Source: an uncultured delta proteobacterium
GTDB lineage: Bacteria > Desulfobacterota > RBG-13-43-22
NCBI GenBank assembly: GCA_963790475.1
Contig: CAWBOS010000012.1
Coordinates: 352,001-416,000, forward strand
Direction of reading: 5' to 3'
DNA length: 64,000 nt
The number at the start of each line of letters is the position of its first letter. Position 1 is the first letter of the stretch. The position numbers and the translations under genes are program-made. Below, piece by piece: positions 8,369 through 19,693 of this stretch. The notes below the pieces were generated by a model. That model did no database searches, had not been told where the DNA came from, and saw nothing but the letters and a program-made list of their open reading frames with translations.

Positions 8369-10344
8369 CCATCTTCCGCAGTTTGGAGAAAAAATCAAGA
8401 AAAACGTGATGAATTTTTAGGAATTGTTAAATGATTTCAAATCCTGATCTTTGAAAATTGGATGTAGTGAAGACCACCCCCTTGCCAGGTGCTGTGGGAA
8501 CGGAGATAATGGGGTTATGTATCTCCGGCGTGCAACCAAAAAGAAAGGTGGAGCGGAGTACGAGAGCTGGCTTTTAGTTGAGTCGGTCCGTACTGCCCGA
8601 GGGCCCCGTCAGCGAGTAGTGGCGACGATAGGGAAACTTCCTGGCCTTGATCGGGAAGAGCGGATAGGTTGGGAGGAGATCGGACGGATTCTTTCCGGAA
8701 AGCCTCTACCTGGACCTGAACTGTTTGAGCAGGGGGAAGACCCCCCATCTTGGGCCACGGTCAATATCCATGGCGTAAGCGTCGAGCGACTCAGAGGCTT
8801 CGGCGATGTCTATTTGGGGTTGCTTTTGTGGAACAAACTGGGGCTTGCCAGGTTCTGCCGAGATCATATTCCTTCCAACCGGGAAGAGATTCCTTGGTCG
8901 ATCATGGCGTCTATTTTAGTTCTTGGACGCTTTTGCGCCCCATCGTCGGAATTACAGATGGCCGAGTTTTGGTATGGCAAGACGGCGTTAGACGATCTGC
9001 TGGGAGTGGCCGACTATAAGATCAATGAGGATCGGCTTTATCGTGCCCTGGATGCCTTGCTTCCCCACAAGGATGCCTTAAGCCGTCACCTTCAGGAGCG
9101 TTATGGGGAACTGTTCGGCAGTAGCTTTGATTTTTTGTTTTATGACATAACCTCCACCTATTTTGAGGGGACCGCCAAGGGCAATGCCCAGGCCAAGAGG
9201 GGTTACAGCCGGGACAGTCGTCCAGATTGTCCCCAGGTCTGCATCGGCCTGGTGGCCACCCGAGAGGGCTTTCCCATAGCCTTTGAGGTTTTTGACGGCA
9301 ATCGATGTCACGACGACCCAAGAGATGGTTCAGATGATGGAGGCCAAATACGGCCAAGCCAACCGGATCTGGGTTATGGATCGCGGCATGGTGAGTGAGG
9401 AGAATCTGGAGTTTATGCGCAAAGTCGGTGCCCGCTATTTGGTCGGCACCCCAAAAGTGATGCTGAAGAAGTTTGAGCAGCAGCTTTTCGAACAGAACTG
9501 GGAAGCGGTCCAACCTGATGTTGAGGTCAAGCTCTGTTGCTCGCCGGAAGGAACGGATGAAATCTTTGTCCTGTGCCGGTCTCAAGGCCGGAAGGAGAAA
9601 GAAAACGCCATTCTAAACCGCTTTTTGACCCGACTGGAAAGCCAACTGGATCACCTGGCCCGCCAGGCCGAAACCGGCAAGCTCCGAGACAAGCAGAAAG
9701 TCGAGCGGAGAATAGGGCGACTGCTGGAACAAAATAAACGTGCGGCCTCGTTGTTCAATATTACAGTCATAGAGACCGGTACCGGAAAAGACGCACCGCT
9801 TTCCCTAGAAGTCAAGAAGAACGAACAACGGCAACAGTGGGCCTTGGAGACCGGCGGTAGCTACATCCTGCGCACCAACTGGACCGAAAGTGACCCGAAA
9901 GTCCTATGGAACACCTACATCCAACTGACGGAAGTGGAAGATTCATTCCGTACCGAGAAACATGATCTGGGAATGCGACCGATCTTCCATCAAAAACAGG
10001 AACGGACCCAGGCTCATATCCTGGTCTGCTTCTTGGCGCTGACTATGTGGCGAACGCTCCAGCAATGGATGAAAGCCTCGGGACTCGGTACCGCCCCAAG
10101 AAAGCTGTTGGAGGAGTTGCGGGATTTGAAATCTTTGGATGTGCTACTACCGGCGCGGGAGAGAACCCTCCGGCTCAGAATGGTGGCTACTCCCTCAAAG
10201 GAACTCAAAGTGCTGCTTCAGAGATTGAAAATTCTGCTCCCCAACAAACCAAAAATTATTGAAAATGTAGTGAAGAAAATGCCCTAATTCTTGTCGTAAC
10301 TATTTGATATCGCGTCTTCCATGCTTTCTAACTGCGGAAGATGG
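8369..10344 (+). mobile_element. IS1634-family insertion sequence
   Basis: 15-bp IRs CCATCTTCCGCAGTT / AACTGCGGAAGATGG, flanked by 6-bp direct repeat GTTAGC. Confidence 0.9.
8517..10287 (+). pseudogene. IS1634 DDE transposase, frameshifted near 9300
   Basis: YDITSTYFEG, GYSRDSRPD, VMDRGM, VEDSFR..K..L..RPIFHQ motifs split over two frames. Confidence 0.85.
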
Positions 10345-10436
10345 GTTAGCTTTCGGAATAGTGGCGACTTGGACGGTCGGGCTACGTCGCCATCAGCATG
10401 ATGCATGTGTGAATAACTGGGACGGCCCTTTTATTT

Positions 10437-11672
10437 TTATTTCCTTATCAGGCGGCCTTCGGCCATGACGGCCTTTGGGAACGCGGAAAGATGAAACGGG
10501 CTCTTATTCCACACGGTTAAGCTGGCCAGTTTGTTTTTTTCAATGGTGCCAAGAAGATTATCAATTCCCAATATCCTGGCATTGCAATAGGTGATAAGGG
10601 ACAGGGCCTTTTCTTCGGACATGCCGGCAATCAGAAAGTATTTCAGACTCTCGCGCAACAGGGGCGTCATAATCACCGGATGATCGGTCATGAGGCCATA
10701 AAAGGCCCTGGATTTCATGAGTAGAGCTGCGTTCTTGTAATTGTCGTTCTTGAGCTCCACTTTGTAGGGCAGAGAGCCCAGTGGCCCGTACACAACTCGA
10801 ATATTGTTATCAGCCAGCGCATTAAAAATCTCCGTGTGAAACACATCGCCGAGATGGTCAGCGGTGACGGTAAGGTCGTAATTCTTCACCAGCTCAATTA
10901 GATAGAGAATGTCGTCTTCCTTGTGAACATGGACTTTAACCGGTCTTTTATTCACCAGAATATCCAGGATGGCCTTGTCTTCGGTATCGAGTTCCAATAC
11001 CTGTTCCCTGTCAATCATGGCCTTTTCCGCGTCAACATCTTTTCGCGCCAATTTCTTTTCCTTGGCGCGCGCCTCAAGTTCCTTAAGTTTCTTTTCCTTG
11101 CCCAGTTCCGCCTTCTTATGCTTGTCCAAGACTTGGGAAAACTTCTTTTCTATGAGGGAATAAATGCCCATACGTGTATTGGGCCGCGCCCCTTTCCAAT
11201 CCCTTGTGGAGCGCGGATTGTACCCGAGCGCCATTTTATAACCATAATCTTTAAAGAGCGCCTCCTGACGATTCTGGGCGTAGTTCCGGATAATCATGGC
11301 TTTTCCGCCGAGCAAATTGCCGCTGCCCGGCACAATGCAGCTGTAGAGCACGCCGAAATCCACGGCTTCCGTAAAAGCGCGATCATCGAAGTAGACGCTG
11401 TTCAGCGGATTATTGAGGGGCAGAAATTGGTCCGCATGATCATTGCTTTCTTCTTCGCTTCCGGGTTCGCCGAACCTCACCATGCCGATATGCGAATGCG
11501 CGTCAATGAAGGCCGGGGTGACAACACCGGAAAAATCGGGACTTAGTTTTTTGTTTACCACATCAACGATTTTGTCGCCCTCCACGATGATGGAGATGTT
11601 CTCTTTCCGTGTTTTGCCGTCAAAGAGTGTTTCAGCGAAAATGATGGTTTGATTTTTCAAGGGAGCCTCCAT
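10437..11672 (-). CDS. Metal-dependent amidohydrolase family protein
   Basis: PAFIDAHSHIG, VHVH, TDHP, GTIEKNKLA motifs. Confidence 0.9.
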   Translation of the reverse strand: MEAPLKNQTIIFAETLFDGKTRKENISIIVEGDKIVDVVNKKLSPDFSGVVTPAFIDAHSHIGMVRFGEPGSEEESNDHADQFLPLNNPLNSVYFDDRAFTEAVDFGVLYSCIVPGSGNLLGGKAMIIRNYAQNRQEALFKDYGYKMALGYNPRSTRDWKGARPNTRMGIYSLIEKKFSQVLDKHKKAELGKEKKLKELEARAKEKKLARKDVDAEKAMIDREQVLELDTEDKAILDILVNKRPVKVHVHKEDDILYLIELVKNYDLTVTADHLGDVFHTEIFNALADNNIRVVYGPLGSLPYKVELKNDNYKNAALLMKSRAFYGLMTDHPVIMTPLLRESLKYFLIAGMSEEKALSLITYCNARILGIDNLLGTIEKNKLASLTVWNKSPFHLSAFPKAVMAEGRLIRK

Positions 11673-11714
11673 TCAGGATAATCAGCTTGCAAAAATCCAG
11701 GCAAAGCATGCGCG

Positions 11715-11954
11715 TTAATTTTCGATCTCTTGCTCGGCAAACCGTTCTCTTGATTCTCTAACCGACTCAAGAATGTCTTTTGTGGTTGCTTTGGTCCTTA
11801 TCCCTGGAACGTCAAAGGGTGATTTTGTACTTTTCCTAAAAATAATTGAAAAGATTTCTCCGCCTCTCCGCTTAATAACCACTTCTTCAGTTTTTGCGAT
11901 ATTAAGAACATCGGATAGGCGTTGTCTCGCTTCAGAATAGGTATATACTTTCAT
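11715..11954 (-). CDS. Phd/YefM-family antitoxin
   Basis: YTYSEARQRLSDVLNIA...EVVIKRRG. Confidence 0.85.
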   Translation of the reverse strand: MKVYTYSEARQRLSDVLNIAKTEEVVIKRRGGEIFSIIFRKSTKSPFDVPGIRTKATTKDILESVRESRERFAEQEIEN

Positions 11955-11960
11955 AATAAT

Positions 11961-12350
11961 TTACTCCAAAATGGTAATTCCTATTTCCCGTGCAACTCTT
12001 TGCATCCCAAGGTCGAGGGTAAGCAGCGGGCCTCGGAGGTTAAAGGCGCATTCTAAAAAATAAGCATCATAGGCATATAAATTAAATTTTATCGTAATTT
12101 TTAAGGCCGATTTTATGTCGGTATGTCTCAAATCAACCGGTATCTGTTGCACAAGCTCCCACACTGCCAATACTTCATCTTTCTTCAAAGCGGTTTTTTT
12201 CATCATTGCTGTTAATGCATTTCCAATTTCGAAAGGCAATATATCAGGAGCAATTAAATCATGGCCTTCAGTAAGTCGAATGATTCTGCCTTTTTCGGGC
12301 TCGTTTAAGGCAACGGCTATGAAGATATTTGTGTCAGCTATTATTTTCAT
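11961..12350 (-). CDS. VapC/PIN-domain toxin
   Basis: IIADTNIF, FEIGNAL, YAYDAYFL, LLTLD PIN motifs. Confidence 0.9.
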   Translation of the reverse strand: MKIIADTNIFIAVALNEPEKGRIIRLTEGHDLIAPDILPFEIGNALTAMMKKTALKKDEVLAVWELVQQIPVDLRHTDIKSALKITIKFNLYAYDAYFLECAFNLRGPLLTLDLGMQRVAREIGITILE

Positions 12351-12352
12351 GG

Positions 12353-12386
12353 GTACAATTGTACATGTTTATTTTTATTTTGTCAA
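12353..12386 (-). promoter_or_regulatory. Sigma70 promoter and operator of the vapC-phd module
   Basis: TTGACA(12386-12381)-17bp-TACAAT(12363-12358); palindrome GTACAATTGTAC 12353-12364. Confidence 0.75.
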
Positions 12387-12413
12387 GCAGGTGGACTTTT
12401 TTCGAAACCATCA

Positions 12414-15400
12414 TTATTTGATCTCGAATTCCTTTTGTATTGCCGTAAAATATAGGAAAAGGCGGATGAGGGCCGGATCGAGGGAACGGGCGTGGGCCAG
12501 CATTTCCCGGTAGGCCAGCAATTGTTTCCGGTACAAGGCATCCTGCTCCTGAAAAAAAGATTCCACCGGCATCCTTTCCGGAAGAGGGGTGGTCTTATAA
12601 TCCACCAGGAACCACTCGTGGCCGTCAAAAATGATGCGGTCTATCACTCCGCTGCGTACCGTGCGTTCATCCAGCTGATCTTCCAGTGCCCATTCGCAGG
12701 CGGAAAAAGGTTGATCGGTGCGGAGGATATTGGCGCAGAAGGGCTCCTGTTGACAGGCGCTCACTTCTTCCAATATCGGGCCGGCCATGACTTGGGGCAC
12801 TTCCGGATCGATTCCTTCGGCAATCAGGGCCTGGACCACGGCCTTTTCCGTAGGAAGGCCCTTTCCCATCCCCAGGTGTTCCAGTATCCGATGGATAACC
12901 GTGCCTCGGGCCATTCCATAAGGCCCCTTGAATTCTTCCTGGAGGAATGTTTCGGTTTGGTCTGCTTCTTCCGGAAACAGGTCTTCTTCATGGAGTCCCG
13001 AAGGCAAAATAATTCGATAGGGAACCGGTTCGGAAACAAAGTCCAAAGGAAGGATATCTTCTTCCATCACGGGTTCACTCCCGGCCCTTGACCATCCGCG
13101 GCGGGCAAGGGTCATATTCGATTTCCAAAAATTTTTCTTTGCCGGGATGGTTTAAGAGGTACTCCATTAGGGAATGCTTCGGGGCCTTTTCCTCATCGTC
13201 CTTCCCCGAAAAAAGGCCGCTCAGGCAAAGGTTCTTTTTGGCCCTGGTCAGGGCCACATAATAGAGCCGCTTGGCCTCTCCCAGAGCGCGTTCTTTTTTT
13301 AAATCCTTCAACAATCCCAAAACCCCCGGATCATCTTGAGTCCGGCGATCCGGTCTTAACCCGATCAAATATTCTTCCCTTTCTCCGGGCAATCGCTCCA
13401 AAATATAGGGAAGCTCTTCTCTCTGGCTTCCCTCTAAGGGATTGCGGTCCAGGTGAGGCAGAAAGACGGTATCAAATTCCAGTCCTTTGGCATGATGGAC
13501 GGTCATGATGGTAACCTTGGAACGGGAAGCCAGGGGATCCGGCGGGGCATAAGCCGAAGCCAAAAGAAATTCCAGATGGGATAAGGTTTCTTCAGGCAGA
13601 CCTTTTTCGGCCTGAAACAGAAGTTGTAAAAATTGGCGGCAGTTTCGGACGCCGGACAGACCGTAACGCTCGGCCACCTGCTGTGGGCCCGATAATTCTT
13701 CCCAGATCTTCTGCACCACCCGGTTTAAGGGGAGACGGCCGACCTGGTTTTGATAATGCCTAAATACCTGTCCCAGATTTTTTACAGACTCCGGGGCTTG
13801 CGGCATTTGAGAGAAACTCACTGATTTTTTCGCCAAAGGATGACGCCGGAAGTCGGGAGATTTGAAGCAAATCATCCAATCCTACCCAACACCAGGCCGA
13901 ACGTACCAATGAGGCCCAGGCCAGATCATCCTGCGGTCGAACCAGAGATCGGGTCAGAGAAAGCAGGTCCTGAACCTCCGGCCGATCTTCAAGGTTGAGT
14001 CCTTCCTGGATCTGGACCTGTAATCCTTGCTCATAAAGGGCCTTGAGGTAAAGAGGCAGATGGGTGCGGGCAAAAAGCAGAATGCCTATAGATCCTGACC
14101 GGGGATCCTGATCGGCTTGGTTTACCGCCCCGGCTAACCAGGCCGCTTCCTTGAGCCGCGACTGATTGGAATCTTCTTCTTTACTGAAGAGGGCCAGCTT
14201 GATCTGGCCGGGATCCTTAGTCAACATTTCCGGGGCCGCTTGCGCTTCCAGGAAGGGGACCTCATCGGCTTCCAGGTTGGGAAGGGCCATAATGGTTTTG
14301 GAAAAAAGATCGTTGGTAAAGTCGATGAGTTCTTTTCGAGACCGGAAATTGGTGGTGATATAAACCGCTTTCAAAGGCAATAAACCCTGACCCGGCAGGG
14401 GAAGGCCGTTTCTGGCCTTCATGAAAAGAGAAACCTCGGCTTTACGGAATCCATAGATGGACTGTTTGGGATCACCGACGATAAAAAGGGTCCGTCCGTC
14501 ACCCCGGCTCCAGCCGGCACAAAGGTATTGGATAAGCAGCCACTGGTTCAAACTGGTGTCCTGAAATTCATCCACCAGGATATGGTTGATTCGTTGGTCG
14601 AGAATAAGCTGCAGGTCCGTGGGCGCCTCATCGCTGCCCAGGACCCGCAGGGCAGACTGTTCCAGCTCGACAAAGTCAATGACTCCGCGTTTTTGGCATA
14701 ACCGACGATAATGATCCACCACCTGACTGATCAGCAGGATCAAATCAAAAAGGAGTCCCACATCGACCGGGGATGTTTCCGGGGAGGGGAAAGTTTTGAT
14801 TTTGTGCAGCGATTCCAATATCGGTTGCGGCAGGGATTCCAGATACTCCGCCCAGGGTGTTTGTTTAAAACCGGAATAAAATCCCGTTTTGGGGCCGAAT
14901 TGTTTTCGTCCCGAACCGCTCTTGGTGGTGCACAGTTCGGCAATCCCCTGCCAGGCCGGAAGGGCTGCCCACTCGCCGCCGGGTACTTGGACAGGAATTT
15001 GAGCGGCTATGGCCGCCTCTTTGAGGATCAGATGTTGATAAAAAGAGCTCCAGTTCCGCCCGAGGTCGGTGGATTCCAGGTTCGCTTTTAAAATCTGAAG
15101 TTTCCGGTCAATCAAAAATCCCAATCGTTCTCTTAAAACCAGGTCCAGGTGTTCCGGGTCGGGATGTTCCTGGACCACCTTGAGCAGGTCGGTCAACCGA
15201 TCTCTCTGAACGGTTAATTGAGCCAGGTCGGAGGAAAGGGCCTTCCAGTTGTTATTGAAATAAAGAAGAATCCTTTCCAGGGCCTTTCGGGCTGGATCGA
15301 AAGGAGATAGGTCCATCAGAATCCGTTGAGTACGGCCGAGAGATTCCCGGATCAATTCATCCTGCTCTTCCTCGACCAGGATAACTGCTTCCAGGGGGAC

Positions 15401-15805
15401 CTGGGCTTCGACCGGGGCCTGTTTTATGATTTGGTTGCAGAAACTGTGAAAGGTCGTGATCTGCAGGCCGTCGGAGGCCTGAATCAGATGTTGATGGATT
15501 CTATGTTTCTTGAGGGCCTTCCGGGCGACTGTCAAGAGTTCGTTCATCCAGTCCGAATCAGCAACAGTTTCCTCCTCGGCCTGATGCAGGATACCCTGTA
15601 CCCTTTCCATCATCTCATTGGCTGCTTTATTGGTAAAAGTCAGGGCCAGGATTTCCCGGGGATCATTCACTTGAGCCAGCAAATGGATAAAACGGGAGGT
15701 CAACAAGGAGGTCTTCCCGGCCCCGGCCGGAGATTCCACATGGAAGCTTTCTTGGGGTGAAAGGACTTCTTTTCGTATGGAGAGATCTTGCAGTACCTCG
15801 GTCAT
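12414..15805 (-). CDS. AddA/UvrD-like helicase with C-terminal PD-(D/E)XK nuclease; split by two frameshifts (~13810, ~13090)
   Basis: PAGAGKT, LVDEFQDT, VGDPKQSIYGFR, TVHHAKGLEFD, YVALTRAK, GVIDR...VDYKT across three consecutive ORFs. Confidence 0.85.
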
Positions 15806-15862
15806 TTTTTAATCCGAAATCTGGTCATTCGAGTCCTAAATTATCTTGAGAAAGTAATCCAA

Positions 15863-15934
15863 AGCTCACAGCTCGTAGCTCAAAGCTCATACTTCAAAGA
15901 AAAGGTTTTTGCTATCGGCTATGAGCTATCAGCT
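15863..15934. repeat. Heptamer tandem/inverted repeat (AGCTCAn)
   Basis: agctcacagctcgtagctcaaagctca ... gctatcggctatgagctatcagct. Confidence 0.6.
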
Positions 15935-18676
15935 TTGAGACGAGTTCCAGTATGTGCACAGGCTTTTATAGGCACAATAGGTGCAGGCCCCTTGATTCTT
16001 TCCTCTGGGTTCCGGCCTGGGGTCGGGCGGAAATTCACCCCCCTTTAATTTTTCCCCGATCCGGGCGATTTCTTTTTCCCAGTCCGGCAGACAAGCCTCC
16101 CAGGCCGAGGCCTCCGCCCATGGTTCCCTTATGGCAAATTCACCCTCTGATTTTAGGCCGATATATCCGGCCCGAAAACCTTCCGGGGATTTCTTTTGCA
16201 GTTCGGCCAGGGATCTCAATGCCAGGAGATACAAGGGTAACTGAGGGGCCAGGAAATTTTTGCTGATGTCGTGGGAAGCGGGGAGACTGCCGGTCTTGTA
16301 ATCCCAGCAGCAGACCTCGGCCAGGGTTTCGTTAAAGTCGATACGGTCAATGCGGCCTCGGACGGAAAACGACCAGGACGGAAAGAGGAGATCGTCAAAG
16401 GATATCTCCTCCTTTTCCCAGCGCCAGCCCTTTTCCCAGCGCTCCCTTTCAGTTTCCAGCCAGGTTCCCAAAAGCCCGCCCAGAGCTTCCTCTTCACCGA
16501 TAAGTCGCACCTTTTCCACGAGCCAGTGAGGATTGTTGGATTTATTGCTGATCACTTTATGAACACAGTGAGTGATTGTCTTTTCAACAGCCTTCTGATC
16601 GCCAAGCGGGATTTTCTGCGACCGCAAGGTGTTGGTTATCAAAGCCAGGATCTTGTGCAAGGCCTCTCCCCTTTCCAGAGGGGAAATCCCAATGGTTATT
16701 TCCTCCAGAGGGGCAATTCGCAGCAATTGCTCGGCGAAAAATTTAAAGGGGCAGGATAGAAGCGTTTCCACTGCGGTCACGGAAAGGGTTGAATCGAAAG
16801 AGGGTCCTTCCCCGACCCTCGGCCGAGAGGAAAAAGTTTCCAAGGCGGTTTCTGGTATCCGGGAAATTGCCGGGAATGGAGTGAGGGAATAGTCAAGGGG
16901 TGGATGGGGCAGAGGATAATTGTGCATCCCCTGAAGGGTTTGTTTAAGCCATTCGGCCCGGGTCCAAACTTTTCCAGGGACCGTCCAATAATTTCGCACA
17001 CCCTTTTCTGCCTGGGCCGGCCAAAAAGGGGATGGAGGAACAGGATCTCCCTTTTCTTCTTCCGGCCGGGTCAGGGTAATCTTTGGGGAAACGGTTTTGA
17101 GATGAGAAAAAGCACTCCGGGCAAAATCAAACTGGCTTTTCAAAGTCGCCCCTTGAACCAGCCGGCGTTCTTCCGGGCTTAAGAAAGGAAAGGTTCGAAC
17201 CGGCTGAGGCAGACTGCCTTTGGATAGACCGGCCAGAAAGAGGCGATCAAAGGCCAGTCCCCTGGCCTCGATCAGACCCAGGACCTGTATCCCGGATTGT
17301 TCATAACCGGGTTCATTAACCAGGGTTTGACTGAGCAGATATTTTAACCAGACGAAAAAATGAGGACCATCCAGCGTTCCGGCCTTTAAATCGCGGGTCA
17401 AATTCTTCAGAGTCTGCGCCAGGTGTTTGTAAATTCCTTCTTCGCCCGGCAAGGCTATGGCCGGAAAACCGAGGAGCCGCCAGCAATGTGACAAAGATTC
17501 CACCCATTGGGCCACGCTTTGGCGTGGTTGATTCAATGTTTTTAACAGAGACTCCAGGGTTTCTTCCGAAGGGTTTAAATAGGATAAACCAGAAAAGTTG
17601 TGATGAATAAGGCCTTGAAGAAGGGCGTCCAGTCCAGAATCTACAGAATAATTCCGCCAGAGCAAGTCCGCCTGAGCCAGTTGATGGTGATGCGCTCCCC
17701 ATATTCGATAATAAGGGGACAGGAGCAAAGATAGGAGCAAGGTCCGTGATTCCCCTTCCAGGAAAAAGCGCAAGGGCAAGAGCCCGGCCTGGGTCAAGGG
17801 GTGGTCCCACAAGGACTGACCCAGGGAAATGTTGTAATTTCCTGCTTCCTCGTTAATCGAAGGGCCGATGAGTTCCCGGAAAGCGGAATTGATTAAAGGC
17901 GCATATTGGGACAGGTTAGGTACTACAATCCCGATTCGATGCAAAGGAGACTGTTGGGCGGCCAATAAAAGCTGCTCTCCCAGCCAGACTACTTCTTCTT
18001 CCAGATTAGGCAGACTGACGGCGGAAAGGACCGGTTCTTGTTTCGTCTTGGTTAAACAGGAAACCGCCCCCAAGTGGTTTTTTAAAACCCTCAGCAGGTC
18101 CGATTCGATAGGGGCCGGGAATTCAAACCCCATGAGTAAAATTTTTTCCGGTAGAATTCGAGCCCCAATGATCTTTTCGTCAAGCATTTTTATCGGGAGC
18201 AACGAGGGGTGGACGAACCCTTGTTCGAAAAGCCCTTCTTCAAATCGCCGGAAGACCTTTTCCCGCCAGACCAGGAGAGGGGTTGCGTACCCGTTTCCCA
18301 GGGGAGGTACCTTATCTCTAATCCTTACCCGATAGTTTTCATCCAGGATTTGATAAAGCTGGATATCCGCTGAAAGTCCATCGGGCAGATCGAGACCTTG
18401 AACGGCTTGTTCCCAAATTTGGAGAGTCTTTATGGCAGAGGCCAGGGTTTCTTCCGGCCAGGAATCTCGCCAGGTTTCCTGGAGCCAAGCGTTCAAGCTC
18501 AGGACCTTAGGGAGCAACCAACCGGAATAACCTTTTTTCATCCGGGCCAGGCGGAAGGCATGACGCAACTGCCTGGCCAGCCGCCCGCCGGAGGTCAGGA
18601 TCAATGTCCTTTCATCGGCCTGGTCAACAACCCTGGCCTGCATGGCTGCGGTGGTGGGGGTTATCCAATCAGGCAT
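15929..18676 (-). CDS. AddB-like PD-(D/E)XK nuclease family DNA repair protein
   Basis: LSCPFKFF, RGRIDRID, DYKTG, PQLPLY, C-terminal CTYCAYKSLC Fe-S motif. Confidence 0.85.
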   Translation of the reverse strand: MPDWITPTTAAMQARVVDQADERTLILTSGGRLARQLRHAFRLARMKKGYSGWLLPKVLSLNAWLQETWRDSWPEETLASAIKTLQIWEQAVQGLDLPDGLSADIQLYQILDENYRVRIRDKVPPLGNGYATPLLVWREKVFRRFEEGLFEQGFVHPSLLPIKMLDEKIIGARILPEKILLMGFEFPAPIESDLLRVLKNHLGAVSCLTKTKQEPVLSAVSLPNLEEEVVWLGEQLLLAAQQSPLHRIGIVVPNLSQYAPLINSAFRELIGPSINEEAGNYNISLGQSLWDHPLTQAGLLPLRFFLEGESRTLLLSLLLSPYYRIWGAHHHQLAQADLLWRNYSVDSGLDALLQGLIHHNFSGLSYLNPSEETLESLLKTLNQPRQSVAQWVESLSHCWRLLGFPAIALPGEEGIYKHLAQTLKNLTRDLKAGTLDGPHFFVWLKYLLSQTLVNEPGYEQSGIQVLGLIEARGLAFDRLFLAGLSKGSLPQPVRTFPFLSPEERRLVQGATLKSQFDFARSAFSHLKTVSPKITLTRPEEEKGDPVPPSPFWPAQAEKGVRNYWTVPGKVWTRAEWLKQTLQGMHNYPLPHPPLDYSLTPFPAISRIPETALETFSSRPRVGEGPSFDSTLSVTAVETLLSCPFKFFAEQLLRIAPLEEITIGISPLERGEALHKILALITNTLRSQKIPLGDQKAVEKTITHCVHKVISNKSNNPHWLVEKVRLIGEEEALGGLLGTWLETERERWEKGWRWEKEEISFDDLLFPSWSFSVRGRIDRIDFNETLAEVCCWDYKTGSLPASHDISKNFLAPQLPLYLLALRSLAELQKKSPEGFRAGYIGLKSEGEFAIREPWAEASAWEACLPDWEKEIARIGEKLKGGEFPPDPRPEPRGKNQGACTYCAYKSLCTYWNSSQS

Positions 18677-18796
18677 GGTTTTTGGATCGTGATTTTCATA
18701 AAATACGCGGGCAGTTCGGAAGACCTAAAGACAAATCATAAATTTTTCTTAAGGCTCAATGGCCGCCATTTTTATGGATAGGAAGAAACCTGGCGG

Positions 18797-19435
18797 TCAA
18801 TAAGATTTCAATTGGTCCGTCAAATCCTTTTCAATTTTTCTTTCTTCCAGGGTAGACCGTTCCAGTTCGATTTTTACTACCTTTTCCAGGACCAAGGGTT
18901 CATAATAAAACACGCCTCTTTCCGTCGAAAAAATATATAATTGATCTGATTTATACTCAAAGGAAGGAACACTTGGGGGCGTGCTGAAGTTCCGAATTAT
19001 CTTTCCCTGGGGGTATTGTTTTTTCAAGTTCCCGATCACCGTTTCCGGAAATATCTCCGGATGATCCTTAAAGAAAATCGCCCTCCCGAAAATTTTTCCT
19101 TCAAAAGCGTATCCGTAAAGCCGTCCTGGCGTTGAGGGATCAGTCGAACTGAGCAGGGCCACCAGCTTTCCCTTTCTAGCCTTTAAGGACTTGACCGGTG
19201 AATATTGGAGTACAATTTCTGATCGATACTTGTCTTCACTGATCTGCCCGGTTTGATTTTTTTCTTTGAAGGTCCGGTTTAATTCTTCCAGATTCAGTCC
19301 CCAGGGAAGGAGGGTCCAGTGATTTCCCTGGCTAAAACCGGTTTCACATAAAAAAAGAAATAAACCCATAGTAACGATCACGCGGATTCTTTTGATGCCG
19401 ATCTTTCGATCCTTACCCTCGTTTTCTCTCTTCAT
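18797..19435 (-). CDS. Hypothetical exported protein
   Basis: Signal-like N-terminus, 212-aa ORF. Confidence 0.6.
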   Translation of the reverse strand: MKRENEGKDRKIGIKRIRVIVTMGLFLFLCETGFSQGNHWTLLPWGLNLEELNRTFKEKNQTGQISEDKYRSEIVLQYSPVKSLKARKGKLVALLSSTDPSTPGRLYGYAFEGKIFGRAIFFKDHPEIFPETVIGNLKKQYPQGKIIRNFSTPPSVPSFEYKSDQLYIFSTERGVFYYEPLVLEKVVKIELERSTLEERKIEKDLTDQLKSY

Positions 19436-19693
19436 GACTTACCTCAGGCTGTACTTGATTATTCTGCCCTGGTAGGAGCAGGGCCTGCTTTCTGACCTCT
19501 TTAACCATAAACATACTGCATTCTTTTTGTCCATGCAACAGGCAAGTTGACCAGTGGCCCAAGCAGTCCATCGGAAATGTGTGAAAGACGGTGAGTCTGT
19601 CTTCTCGAGCATGGGTTGAAAATTAGATTGGACTTGAGAAAAAACAATTTTTCGATTATAATATCATTTTACCATTTTTAGAGTGAAGCCAAA

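Noticed and set aside
9283-9310. Programmed frameshift in the IS1634 transposase
   Set aside because: No slippery run at the junction, and IS1634 transposases are normally single ORFs; a small deletion is simpler
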